Virus record (IMG/VR): IMGVR_UViG_3300022885_000007
Direction: 5' to 3' (one strand)
Source: an uncultured virus (IMG/VR IMGVR_UViG_3300022885_000007)
Lineage: Duplodnaviria > Heunggongvirae > Uroviricota > Caudoviricetes
Length of the DNA stretch: 64,000 bases
Both the position numbers and the translations under genes were made by a program. Shown piece after piece: positions 11,135 to 19,480 of the stretch; position 1 is the stretch's first letter, and each line of letters begins with the position of its first letter. The notes beneath the pieces are model-generated. The model had not been told where the DNA came from. It saw only the letters and a list, made by a program, of their open reading frames with translations, and made no database searches.

Positions 11135-11678
11135 TTTAGCAGAATTAAGATCAGTTGATATCGATATCGGAGTGCTTCGAACAGAATGGGAAGCACAAGT
11201 TGTTTATCAATTTGATCATGCATGGGAAGCACGTAATTATGTTAGTTTCGAATTCTTTACTGCTTACTATAAGCAATTGCTACTCGACATTGAAAATAAA
11301 ATAGGCGAGACACCACTTAATTATATCATTCAGATGCACGACCCCAAGTTAATTACTGATAAATGGTATCTTAACATAGCACACAAAGATGCAGATCGAT
11401 TGGCATGCATTACCATACCAGTATACTATAATCGCATGGAACCTATCAATTTTTATGACGATGTATTTGAAAAAATGCCCGAGCATGGCAAGCCTATCAC
11501 AACAAGACCCAATCAGGTTGGACAGTACAGCGAGTGTCATCCAACACTGGTCAACGTAAACAATTATCATAATGTCAGAATATTAGACGAGGTAGAACCT
11601 AGAATTTTTATTCAAATGAGTTACAACATCCATTTTGACGATCTAATAGAGAAGAATAAAAACATGTATGTATTATAA
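11124..11678 (+). CDS. Divergent 2OG-Fe(II)/DSBH-fold oxygenase
   Basis: HKD..ITIP..HNV..R spacing. Confidence 0.55.
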   Translation: MQNNLAELRSVDIDIGVLRTEWEAQVVYQFDHAWEARNYVSFEFFTAYYKQLLLDIENKIGETPLNYIIQMHDPKLITDKWYLNIAHKDADRLACITIPVYYNRMEPINFYDDVFEKMPEHGKPITTRPNQVGQYSECHPTLVNVNNYHNVRILDEVEPRIFIQMSYNIHFDDLIEKNKNMYVL

Positions 11679-11692
11679 GGATAAATACTATA

Positions 11693-11869
11693 ATGTCAGA
11701 ATCAGATAAAGTTAGATACGAAGTAATTACACAAGAAAACACGGACGGTGATTTGATTATTCCAATCCCTGCTCCGTTACTTAAATCATTGGGCTGGACA
11801 GAAGAAACAGAACTAGCTATCGGTGTTAACGAAAACGGCACTATATTTTTAAAGAAGGCTGAACAATGA
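11693..11869 (+). CDS. AbrB/MazE/SpoVT-type small DNA-binding protein (58 aa, not in the ORF track)
   Basis: GDLIIPIPAPLLKSLGWTEETEL..NENGTIFLKK. Confidence 0.7.
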   Translation: MSESDKVRYEVITQENTDGDLIIPIPAPLLKSLGWTEETELAIGVNENGTIFLKKAEQ

Positions 11870-12438
11870 GCAAAACGAAAGAAAAGAATTACAGACTACA
11901 TCCAAATTTCGCGGCAGGATACTTGAACCAACCGTTCGAACCGATAACGCCGCCCTACGCACCATCCAGCCACCTAAATGCAGTATCAAATACAGGTCCA
12001 AAACGAAGTCTTAGTAATTTAGGCTTAACTTCAGGTCACAGTTCACCAGGCTTAACTTCAGGCAATCCGCCTAATCCCAATGGTAATGGTTTCACTGGTA
12101 ATGGTACTAGTTTCACCGTTACGGATGGTACCACGACTCAACTAAACGGCATGAATTATGGTACCATAACTAGTGTTGGTGATTCTTATGGTATCGGTAT
12201 CGGTGAAACCAAAGGACATCTCGCAGTTGATGGTGAGATCCTCACCGCAGAAAAAATACAAATATTAGATGGTTTAAAAGACTGGCAAAAAGAAATAGAT
12301 GCTAAACTTGGAATCCTGCGGCCCAATCCTAAGTTAGAAGCAGAATGGGCTGAGTTAAAAGAACTCAGAGAACGATACGAGGAACTTGAAAAAGAGTTTA
12401 CAGAGAAAAACCTGGCGTGGGATATTCTTAAGAAATAA
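11866..12438 (+). CDS. Hypothetical protein with a low-complexity N-terminus and a C-terminal coiled coil
   Basis: ORF coupled to the upstream gene by ATGA overlap. Confidence 0.6.
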   Translation: MSKTKEKNYRLHPNFAAGYLNQPFEPITPPYAPSSHLNAVSNTGPKRSLSNLGLTSGHSSPGLTSGNPPNPNGNGFTGNGTSFTVTDGTTTQLNGMNYGTITSVGDSYGIGIGETKGHLAVDGEILTAEKIQILDGLKDWQKEIDAKLGILRPNPKLEAEWAELKELRERYEELEKEFTEKNLAWDILKK

Positions 12439-12455
12439 CGAGTTAGGGGAAACCA

Positions 12456-13070
12456 ATGATCGATGTTCAACGCGGGTTTCTTGTCAATGATCGAGAAATC
12501 GATGCATCATTCAATTCAATAGGTCATCGATGCCCTGAGATCGATGATGTTCTTGGTAAAGATTTAAATTGGAAAAGATATTTTATCGTTTTGGGTGATA
12601 ATGCTGGCCTGCACATGCATTTACCACTAGAAGATACTTGGCCATATCTATTATCAAAAAATATTGGCCATACATATTATAATCTGTGTGTTATAGACGG
12701 CGGGACAGAAGCAGTCAGATTTAACTTAATGTCTTGGCTTCATAAATATCCGACACCTAAATATATCTTTGTTTCGTGTGAATGGGCTAATCGATTCTTC
12801 GGAGTAAATTATGAAGACGACACCCACGACATTAACAAAGCATCGACTCTTGCAGATGAGGTAGGATATTTCTCAGGTAGACAAAGATTGTTAAGTACAT
12901 TGGTCGAACATATAGATATACCTATCTACCAAATCATGCGTTCCACCGACATTCCTGTGCTTATATCAAATAATGTAACTAATATTATAGTTGATCACAC
13001 AGACGATCAATTAGTCGCTGAAACGCTCGCCAGGGGCTTTAGGCAGAAGCAGAGAGCTATATCTGTATGA
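12456..13070 (+). CDS. SGNH/GDSL-like protein, catalytic residues apparently degenerate
   Basis: FNSIGHR, LGDN in place of G.S, YYNL..GG; paralogue of the next gene. Confidence 0.5.
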   Translation: MIDVQRGFLVNDREIDASFNSIGHRCPEIDDVLGKDLNWKRYFIVLGDNAGLHMHLPLEDTWPYLLSKNIGHTYYNLCVIDGGTEAVRFNLMSWLHKYPTPKYIFVSCEWANRFFGVNYEDDTHDINKASTLADEVGYFSGRQRLLSTLVEHIDIPIYQIMRSTDIPVLISNNVTNIIVDHTDDQLVAETLARGFRQKQRAISV

Positions 13071-13699
13071 AGCAAATGCTGTTTAGTCATGCGGCTATTG
13101 CTGAAGATCCTGAATACAACTCATATGGTCATCGATGCAAAGAGGTAGCAGACCTTGACAAAGACAACTATGTACTTTTTGCAGGATGTAGTCATGTCGT
13201 AGGCGTCGGTGTTAAAATAGAAGAATCATTTCCCTACCTGATAGCAAAAGAACTAGGATGCGATTACTACAACTTAGGTGTGGGTGGTGGTGGATTAGAT
13301 GCACTAGAACACAATTTACTTTTATGGGGCGCATTAATACCGAACCCACCCAAATACATATTCTGTGAATGGCCGCCAGAGCAGAGATTTATGAATCAGT
13401 TGCCAGGCTATGACAATATGCTTCCATGTGGATCATGGCATGGGGGCAAGAACCAAGAATTTTTAATAGAGGCTTACTATCCTTTAAAGGTTAAACAACA
13501 GTTAGTATATCAGTTGGTCAGAGAAGTCATTGATGTACCTATCATTGACATAAGATACGGTCCATTGGCTATAATGGGGCGTAATGCGTATACTATCTGG
13601 CATCAGAAATCTGATGTGGGAACTGATGGGAAGCATCCAGGTCCACTTTCTCATCAAGAAACCACCAACAAAGTAATGGAGTATCTTAATACTAGATAA
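13067..13699 (+). CDS. SGNH/GDSL-like hydrolase
   Basis: FAGCSH block I, YNLGVGG and DGKHPG block V. Confidence 0.65.
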   Translation: MKQMLFSHAAIAEDPEYNSYGHRCKEVADLDKDNYVLFAGCSHVVGVGVKIEESFPYLIAKELGCDYYNLGVGGGGLDALEHNLLLWGALIPNPPKYIFCEWPPEQRFMNQLPGYDNMLPCGSWHGGKNQEFLIEAYYPLKVKQQLVYQLVREVIDVPIIDIRYGPLAIMGRNAYTIWHQKSDVGTDGKHPGPLSHQETTNKVMEYLNTR

Positions 13700-13707
13700 A
13701 TAAATAT

Positions 13708-14280
13708 ATGATAAAACAATATAAACAAGCAGTAACCGAAGGGAAAAGAGTAAATAGACCGGCCGACATCGAGATCATTCCTCTTAACTTTGATGCTAAG
13801 GAAGTAAAGCCAGTAATGAGCCAAGACACCCTAGATTTACATTATGATAAGTTAGCGAAGGGTTATGCGACACGGTATAATAAACACGAAGGGAAGGCTG
13901 AATTTAATTATGCAGGAGCTTTTTTGCATAATATTTATTTCCCGCAGTTTAGAGAAGTAATAAACAATAACAAACCCAATGGGCCTATCAAAGGCTTTAT
14001 TGAAAAGAAATTTGGATCGTTTGAGTTGTTTCAAAAAGAAGTCGAAGTGAAAGCAATGGCAATCGAAGGATCAGGTTGGGTATACCTTGCAAAAGACGGC
14101 AAGGTCAAGATAATAGAAAACCACGAAGTACGAGATGATATATTGCTATTGATTGACTGGTGGGAACATGCATTTATTTTAGACTATGGCGCTGATAAGA
14201 AAAAATATCTTAAAGAAACATGGAAGATTATTAACTGGAACGTAGTTTCAACACGATGGGGGCATACTGCAAAAAAATGA
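13708..14280 (+). CDS. Fe/Mn superoxide dismutase-like protein
   Basis: LHY, LHNIYF, GSGW and DWWEHA motifs. Confidence 0.85.
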   Translation: MIKQYKQAVTEGKRVNRPADIEIIPLNFDAKEVKPVMSQDTLDLHYDKLAKGYATRYNKHEGKAEFNYAGAFLHNIYFPQFREVINNNKPNGPIKGFIEKKFGSFELFQKEVEVKAMAIEGSGWVYLAKDGKVKIIENHEVRDDILLLIDWWEHAFILDYGADKKKYLKETWKIINWNVVSTRWGHTAKK

Positions 14281-14597
14281 TAACAATAACTGAAACCGCA
14301 CAAGAAAAAATAACAGAAGTACTATTAGAAGAAACACCAGAAACTCGTTTACGCATGTATGTAACTGGGGGCGGTTGTTCAGGATTCCAGTATGGATTCT
14401 CTATCGAAGAGTCGCAAAGTGAAGATGATTTTGAAATACCTGCAGGGACAACTAATGTATTAGTTGATTCATTATCTATGCAATATTTAGAAAATGCAAT
14501 TGTCGATTTTAAAAATGATCTTAACGGTGCGCGATTCTCTATCAGTAATCCCAAAGCCAAAACCACATGTGGTTGTGGAAGTTCTTTCTCACCTTAA
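14277..14597 (+). CDS. erpA: A-type Fe-S cluster insertion protein (ErpA/IscA)
   Basis: GGGCSGFQYGF, VDSLSMQYL and TTCGCGSSF motifs. Confidence 0.9.
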   Translation: MITITETAQEKITEVLLEETPETRLRMYVTGGGCSGFQYGFSIEESQSEDDFEIPAGTTNVLVDSLSMQYLENAIVDFKNDLNGARFSISNPKAKTTCGCGSSFSP

Positions 14598-14620
14598 TAA
14601 CCTGGTTCTTTGTTTTTCGC

Positions 14621-15256
14621 TCAAAACCGATAATAGGTTTTCAGAACGTCATTATTTAGACCTAAGTCAATAATGACTGGGCCACCTTTATATACGCCCC
14701 AGTTTGCCAGTCTAGCAAAATCACCAATTGGTATATCAAAATTTCCTACAAGGTCAACAAGAGCATCTATATTTTCATTATCCTCTTGTAGTTGTTCGTA
14801 ACGAGACTCATCTGATTCCGAAGCCCCGCGTCGGCCAATCAAGTATTCTAGCACTCCCTTTAGTTCATTATGACTGATACCACCAAAGAAATTTTTGAAA
14901 TCATTAGGTTTCATTTTATCAGCAAACTCAACGTGAATCCATGTTGGCATATCATTCTCTTCATCAAAATCAATCATTGGTATCGTTATTCCTAGTCTCG
15001 AGGCATACGCATCGTCTAACATCTGGGCCTCATGACCATTTTGGGCTAAACCCTTTTGATTCTTGGCAATTTTTAAGACCGTCTTACGACCTTCAAATTC
15101 AATAATGAAGGCTACACGTGATGAACCTACTCCAATTTGTTTTGCATGCTCCTTAGCATGTCTAATGCGTTGAGCAAACGGTACATTGCTTTTAAATTTA
15201 GATTTATCAAAATGATTGGGCAGTGGGACTTCAGTAATAATGTGCTTAATTTTCAT
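14621..15256 (-). CDS. Protein-kinase-like fold protein
   Basis: IGVGSSRVAF, VLKIA..QN..E, D..N (GDFARLANWG) and IIDLG; start placed at MKIKHIITE. Confidence 0.65.
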   Translation of the reverse strand: MKIKHIITEVPLPNHFDKSKFKSNVPFAQRIRHAKEHAKQIGVGSSRVAFIIEFEGRKTVLKIAKNQKGLAQNGHEAQMLDDAYASRLGITIPMIDFDEENDMPTWIHVEFADKMKPNDFKNFFGGISHNELKGVLEYLIGRRGASESDESRYEQLQEDNENIDALVDLVGNFDIPIGDFARLANWGVYKGGPVIIDLGLNNDVLKTYYRF

Positions 15257-15316
15257 AGATGTATTTATCGGTTTTTCACCCCAGAGATAAATATAAGATA
15301 AGGAATAAAGATAACT

Positions 15317-16237
15317 ATGGCTATAACTGGAAAACAATCAATTAGCGTTGGTCTACCCAACGAATCTGTGGGCAGTGACTCACTTTACTCTGCATTTACT
15401 AAAGTTAATGTAAACTTTGATACGTTGTTTGCTAATGCAAGTAACTTCAGCACTTTTACTCCTGGCGATGGCATAGGCATAACCGCTAATGCTAACACAG
15501 GCACGGTAGTTGTAACGAACACCGGTGTTTCAAGATTGCTTGCTGGCACAGGCGTTACTTTAAGTGGTACAACTGGTAACATCACGATTTCCACTGTCGG
15601 TAGCGGAGGAGGAAGTGGCACTGTTACTAGTGTAGGCATTTCCGCAAACTCTACTCGATTGACAGTCACTGGAAGCCCTATAGTCTCTTCCGGGACAATG
15701 GCACTAGACTTAGCAACAACTGGCGTCACAGCAGGTGCATACGCGCAGGCGAACCTTACAGTAGATGCATACGGTAGAATCACAGCAGTTGCAAATGGTA
15801 CTGCTGGTGGCACTGTTACCAGTGTAGGGTTAACTCCTAGCACAGGCATCTCGGTATCAGGCGGTCCAATTACTGCAAGCGGTAATATCACAGTTACAAA
15901 TACCGGTGTCACTCGATTAAACGCAGGGGCAGGTATTTCAGTAAGTGGTTCAAATGGAAATGTCACGGTAAGTTCAACAAACTCATCGGATGGTACAGTA
16001 CAGAGTGTCAATGTCACCAGTAACACATTGTCCGTTACAGGCGGACCAATTACCACGATTGGATCAATCAATTTAGAAGTAGGTTCTATACCAATATACA
16101 CAATAGCCGCGAAACCAGCAACCGGGGCCGTAGGACAGATGATCGCTATCACAGATGCTCCAGTCGCAGGACAACCTGCTTTTTGGGACACAACAAATAC
16201 TCGCTGGTCGTATACGGCCAATAATGCGGCAGTTTAA
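15317..16237 (+). CDS. Virion fibre/baseplate-associated protein with G/T/S-rich repeats
   Basis: N-terminal ISVG..N..GSDSLYSAFTKVNVNF (like the T4 gp9/gp10 N-terminus); repeated GTVTSV and TNTGV.RL.AG. Confidence 0.7.
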   Translation: MAITGKQSISVGLPNESVGSDSLYSAFTKVNVNFDTLFANASNFSTFTPGDGIGITANANTGTVVVTNTGVSRLLAGTGVTLSGTTGNITISTVGSGGGSGTVTSVGISANSTRLTVTGSPIVSSGTMALDLATTGVTAGAYAQANLTVDAYGRITAVANGTAGGTVTSVGLTPSTGISVSGGPITASGNITVTNTGVTRLNAGAGISVSGSNGNVTVSSTNSSDGTVQSVNVTSNTLSVTGGPITTIGSINLEVGSIPIYTIAAKPATGAVGQMIAITDAPVAGQPAFWDTTNTRWSYTANNAAV

Positions 16238-16269
16238 GAATAAATAATACTATTAGGGGATAATAGGCA

Positions 16270-16872
16270 ATGGCAACGAATATTAAAATAACAGAACTCA
16301 CTGATATAACAAGTGCAAACATGACCTACAACGATTTAGTCGCGGTAGTAGACATGAACGGAACACCAGAAACTAAAAAATCAACAGTACAGTTACTTGG
16401 TAATCTTATACTAAGTGGAGCAGGCGGGTCATATTTTGCTCCAGCGGCTCTCGCAACTAGTGCCGCAACAGTAACAACTGCCGCACAACCTAACATCACA
16501 TCAGTGGGTACGCTATCTGCTCTGACAGTAACTGCGGCAATCACTGGTTCAGTAAGTGGCTCAGCCGCAACAGCGGCTACAGTAACAACTGCGGCACAGC
16601 CAAATATTACTTCTGTAGGTACACTCACTTCGCTTATCGTTACAGGTAACATATCAGCATCACAATCAACTGCGACAATACATTCATCATCTTTGTATTC
16701 TAAACTGACACCAACAACAGTGTCGGGATTGCCTGTAGCAGGTACAGCAGGTGCTGGAGCAAGAGCAATGGTAACAGATTCTGGATCAACAACATTCAAT
16801 GATGTAGCATCCGGTGGTGGCGCCACCACTATTCCAGTATTTTCTGATGGAACAGACTGGCGCATAGGATAA
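16270..16872 (+). CDS. Fibre-like structural protein
   Basis: Two TVTTAAQPNITSVGTL repeats; C-terminal FSDGTDWRIG. Confidence 0.65.
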   Translation: MATNIKITELTDITSANMTYNDLVAVVDMNGTPETKKSTVQLLGNLILSGAGGSYFAPAALATSAATVTTAAQPNITSVGTLSALTVTAAITGSVSGSAATAATVTTAAQPNITSVGTLTSLIVTGNISASQSTATIHSSSLYSKLTPTTVSGLPVAGTAGAGARAMVTDSGSTTFNDVASGGGATTIPVFSDGTDWRIG

Positions 16873-16880
16873 TCTAAATT

Positions 16881-16957
16881 TGGTACACCCTGCAGGACTC
16901 GAACCTGCTACCCTTGGTTTAGAAAACCAATGCTCTATCCAGATGAGCTAAGAGTGC
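16881..16957 (-). tRNA. tRNA-Arg(TCT)
   Basis: Cloverleaf, anticodon loop TTTCTAA, encoded CCA. Confidence 0.93.
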
Positions 16958-16964
16958 ATTAATT

Positions 16965-17040
16965 TGGTGCGTCTTGTTGGGATCGAACCAACTACCAGCG
17001 GATTAAAAGTCCGATGCTCTTCCAGATGAGCTAAAGACGC
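16965..17040 (-). tRNA. tRNA-Lys(TTT)
   Basis: Anticodon loop CTTTTAA, CCA. Confidence 0.93.
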
Positions 17041-17048
17041 ATTGTTCT

Positions 17049-17133
17049 TGGTACGAAAGGAGAGACTCGAACTCTCACGGGTTGCCCCACTGGAACCTAA
17101 ATCCAGCGTGTCTACCAATTTCACCACTCTCGC
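17049..17133 (-). tRNA. tRNA-Leu(TAG)
   Basis: Loop TTTAGGT, long variable arm, CCA. Confidence 0.92.
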
Positions 17134-17199
17134 ATTTCAATTTATAATAGCATCATAACACAACTTCAGCGTCATGTACACTACTATTTGTTATATTTG

Positions 17200-17274
17200 A
17201 GCGTATACTCGGATTCGAACCGAGACTTAAAGGGTGGAAGCCTTTCGTGCTTAACCGTTAAACACTATACACGC
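17200..17274 (-). tRNA. tRNA-Gly(TCC), CCA not encoded (followed by CAA)
   Basis: Loop CTTCCAC, GCG acceptor, U73. Confidence 0.88.
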
Positions 17275-17289
17275 ATAATTCTTTTCTTT

Positions 17290-17868
17290 CTAACTCACTC
17301 CTTCACTAAAATCAATGGCCATCTGTTTGGCATCGTCCATTGTTTCAGCAACCCACTCACCACGACCTAATGGGTTAATACGATCAATAGGATAAAGTGT
17401 TCCGCCTATCGTGTTGCGTAGCTTTTTGTTTGGAACAGTGTCTGAGTAGTCCCACTTTATATCGTAATACCGTTTACCATCTTGTTCAACAATAATACCA
17501 TCACATCTACTATTTAGGTGGTATTCATTTGCCAAAAAGTCAATCGCGGCTTGTTCTGCCTCTTCATCTGAGCTTGCCACATAATGGCAATCGGCTTTAG
17601 TACATGTTGACCCAACTTTAAAACCATAAATTGTTCGATGACTCCAACCATACCATTTTTTATCTAGAGGACTATATCCTACGCCATGTGTTAGTTCTTC
17701 AGTTATTTCACGTTCAGCTAGGTGTTTTACATCATCTTCCATGCCGACATGGGTGATATAACTACCATCAAAAATACTTTCGTACACGTTAGTGGGTGGC
17801 TCACTTTTTGGGCCAATCTGTATCATTGTTTTATATGCTACCTTATCTAACCATTCGGTAGTGTTCAT
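17290..17868 (-). CDS. Hypothetical protein inside the tRNA array
   Basis: 192-aa ORF with a GGAG SD; KWYGWSHR motif. Confidence 0.75.
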   Translation of the reverse strand: MNTTEWLDKVAYKTMIQIGPKSEPPTNVYESIFDGSYITHVGMEDDVKHLAEREITEELTHGVGYSPLDKKWYGWSHRTIYGFKVGSTCTKADCHYVASSDEEAEQAAIDFLANEYHLNSRCDGIIVEQDGKRYYDIKWDYSDTVPNKKLRNTIGGTLYPIDRINPLGRGEWVAETMDDAKQMAIDFSEGVS

Positions 17869-17894
17869 ACGTCTTTCTCCATTATATAATTGTT

Positions 17895-17968
17895 TGGCAT
17901 ATCAGTGAGGAATCGAACCCCAGTCTAGGGGTTTGGAATCCCTCGTTCTGCCACTGAACTACTGACAT
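17895..17968 (-). tRNA. tRNA-Trp(CCA)
   Basis: Loop TTCCAAA, CCA. Confidence 0.9.
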
Positions 17969-17976
17969 ATTAACAT

Positions 17977-18052
17977 TGGGGTGAGCAAAGGGATTCGAAC
18001 CCTCGTTTTACAGGTTCACAACCTGCGGCTTTACCACTAAGCTACACTCACC
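17977..18052 (-). tRNA. tRNA-His(GTG)
   Basis: Loop TTGTGAA, G-1:C73, CCA. Confidence 0.92.
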
Positions 18053-18059
18053 ATTAATC

Positions 18060-18136
18060 TGGTCCGTTTATCAGGATTCGAACCTGAAGTCTGACGCTTC
18101 GTAGACGCCTGCTCTATCCAGTTGAGCTATAAACGG
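18060..18136 (-). tRNA. tRNA-Arg(ACG)
   Basis: Loop CTACGAA, CCA. Confidence 0.92.
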
Positions 18137-18143
18137 TCTAAAT

Positions 18144-18217
18144 TGGCCTGTTTATCAGGGATCAAACCTGCTCAATCTTTGCGCTGAGATTGATGTTCTT
18201 CACTGAACAATAAACAG
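18144..18217 (-). ncRNA. Non-canonical tRNA-like RNA (7-bp anticodon stem, 8-nt loop CAGCGCAA, no variable loop)
   Basis: Perfect acceptor CTGTTTA/TAAACAG plus GCCA; D stem GTTC/GAAC; TCAATCT/AGATTGA; T arm CAGG-TTTGATC-CCTG. Confidence 0.75.
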
Positions 18218-18224
18218 TCTAAAT

Positions 18225-18301
<77 letters not shown>

Positions 18302-18307
18302 AATAAT

Positions 18308-18384
18308 TGGTCTAGGAGGTAGGATTTGAACCTACGACCTCTTCGTTCCAAACAAAGCACGCTACCAGACTGCGTTACTCCTAG
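18308..18384 (-). tRNA. tRNA-Pro(TGG), second divergent copy
   Basis: Loop TTTGGAA, CCA. Confidence 0.88.
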
Positions 18385-18389
18385 ATAAT

Positions 18390-18557
18390 TTGTTATGATG
18401 AAAGATGTGGTTGTCGAATTCACAATCTTCACGGAAGTGTTCCAACTTCTACGATGTCTTACCTATTAGACGACCTTTCAATCAATGTTGGTGCAAACAA
18501 ACGAGTACTCATCGATCTACACCACATGATCAGAACGCGCATCCTGATCAAAGTCTT
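18390..18557 (-). ncRNA. Structured ncRNA family, copy A (with tRNA-like domain)
   Basis: AAGACTT-hairpin-GG..CC-AACAT-TGATTGAAAG..CTTTCATCA-TAACAA; internal D arm GTCT/AGAC and TTCGA loop. Confidence 0.7.
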
Positions 18558-18561
18558 AAAT

Positions 18562-18675
18562 TTGTTATGATGAAAGAGCATGCGTCCATACCTTTTCATC
18601 AATGTCGGTGCAAGTTAAAGGCTAGTAAAACTTTTCACCCCCCGTTTAAAGCGTTTATTCCTTAAACTAAGTCTT
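18562..18675 (-). ncRNA. Structured ncRNA family, copy B (no tRNA-like domain)
   Basis: Same termini and linker; 5' AAGACTT begins 7 nt after a -10 box. Confidence 0.7.
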
Positions 18676-18681
18676 AGTCTT

Positions 18682-18710
18682 ATTGTAATATAATGATTAC
18701 CCAAAGTCAA
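18682..18710 (-). promoter_or_regulatory. sigma70-type promoter inside the RNA array
   Basis: TTGACT-N17-TACAAT. Confidence 0.8.
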
Positions 18711-18737
18711 CCTTTTTCTCGGTTGAATTTCATTAAA

Positions 18738-18880
18738 TTGTTATGACTGAAAGGGTGTGGTATCGAACCACACTTCTTTCCGCTCCGGCGCGTCTTACCC
18801 ATAGACGACCTTTCAATCAATGTCGGATACAATCATGTATTGTACCGCTCGTTTAAAGTGCGCACTTTAAACAAAGTCTT
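18738..18880 (-). ncRNA. Structured ncRNA family, copy C (with tRNA-like domain)
   Basis: Same scaffold; TGAAAGG/CCTTTCA, GTCT-ATGGGTA-AGAC and GTGTGG-TTCGATA-CCACAC. Confidence 0.72.
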
Positions 18881-18956
18881 AAATTAGTGAGGGTCTCTCC
18901 CCTCGGTCACGATTTCACTCGTCGGGTCGGCGCCGTCTTCAACCGCGCATTAAAGT

Positions 18957-19031
18957 TGGCAGAGATGGGTGGGATCGAACCACCTCCTAGAGGGTTCAAA
19001 ACCCCCCGCCTTCCCACTTGGCTACATCTCA
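18957..19031 (-). tRNA. tRNA-Gln(TTG)
   Basis: Loop TTTTGAA, CCA. Confidence 0.9.
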
Positions 19032-19037
19032 ACTAAC

Positions 19038-19112
19038 TGGCTGGTAAGGTAGGGATCGAACCTACGACCTGGTGATTAACAGTCACCTGCACTGCCGCTG
19101 TGCTACTTACCA
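19038..19112 (-). tRNA. tRNA-Asn(GTT)
   Basis: Loop CTGTTAA, CCA. Confidence 0.93.
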
Positions 19113-19121
19113 TTTGTAAAT

Positions 19122-19197
19122 TGGCGGTCTGGACGAGGATCGAACTCGCTGATTCTCCGCAGACAACGGAGCGCATTACCACTATTGCTACCAAACC
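19122..19197 (-). tRNA. tRNA-Asp(GTC)
   Basis: Loop TTGTCTG, CCA. Confidence 0.9.
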
Positions 19198-19233
19198 TTA
19201 TTATATCTATATATCACTTTCTTACTTACAAAT

Positions 19234-19311
19234 TGGTTGCGGAGAGTTGGATTCGAACCAACGACCCTCGGATTATGAGTCCGACGCTCTGACCGACTGA
19301 GCTATCCCGCA
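19234..19311 (-). tRNA. tRNA-Met(CAT) with an initiator-like acceptor
   Basis: Loop CTCATAA; GCGGG..CCGCAACCA. Confidence 0.88.
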
Positions 19312-19315
19312 TCAA

Positions 19316-19390
19316 TGGGGGAGTAGCGAGGAGTCGAACCTCTTTAACCGTGCGGGCAACTTGTTGCATTACCGCCAATAGGACTACTCC
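19316..19390 (-). ncRNA. tRNA-like RNA with an intact acceptor and T arm but no canonical D or anticodon arm
   Basis: GGAGTAG/CTACTCC plus CCCA; GAGG-TTCGACT-CCTC. Confidence 0.65.
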
Positions 19391-19396
19391 ATAATC

Positions 19397-19472
19397 TGGT
19401 GGAGATATAAGGACTCGAACCTTAAACCGTCTCGTTGCAAACGAGATGCACTACCAATTGTGCTATATCCCC
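19397..19472 (-). tRNA. tRNA-Ala(TGC)
   Basis: Loop TTTGCAA, G3:U70, CCA. Confidence 0.93.
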
Positions 19473-19480
19473 TAAAATCT

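Noticed and set aside
15385..16865. Long antisense ORFs (278 and 179 aa) opposite the fibre genes
   Set aside because: Shadow ORFs caused by the Thr/Gly/Ser/Val codon bias of the sense genes.
18390..18880. CRISPR or TIGR-like array (ATGATGA box-C-like motif on the + strand)
   Set aside because: Units differ in length and lack repeat/spacer periodicity, the motif is one side of a helix, and no Cas or Nop-domain gene is in the window.
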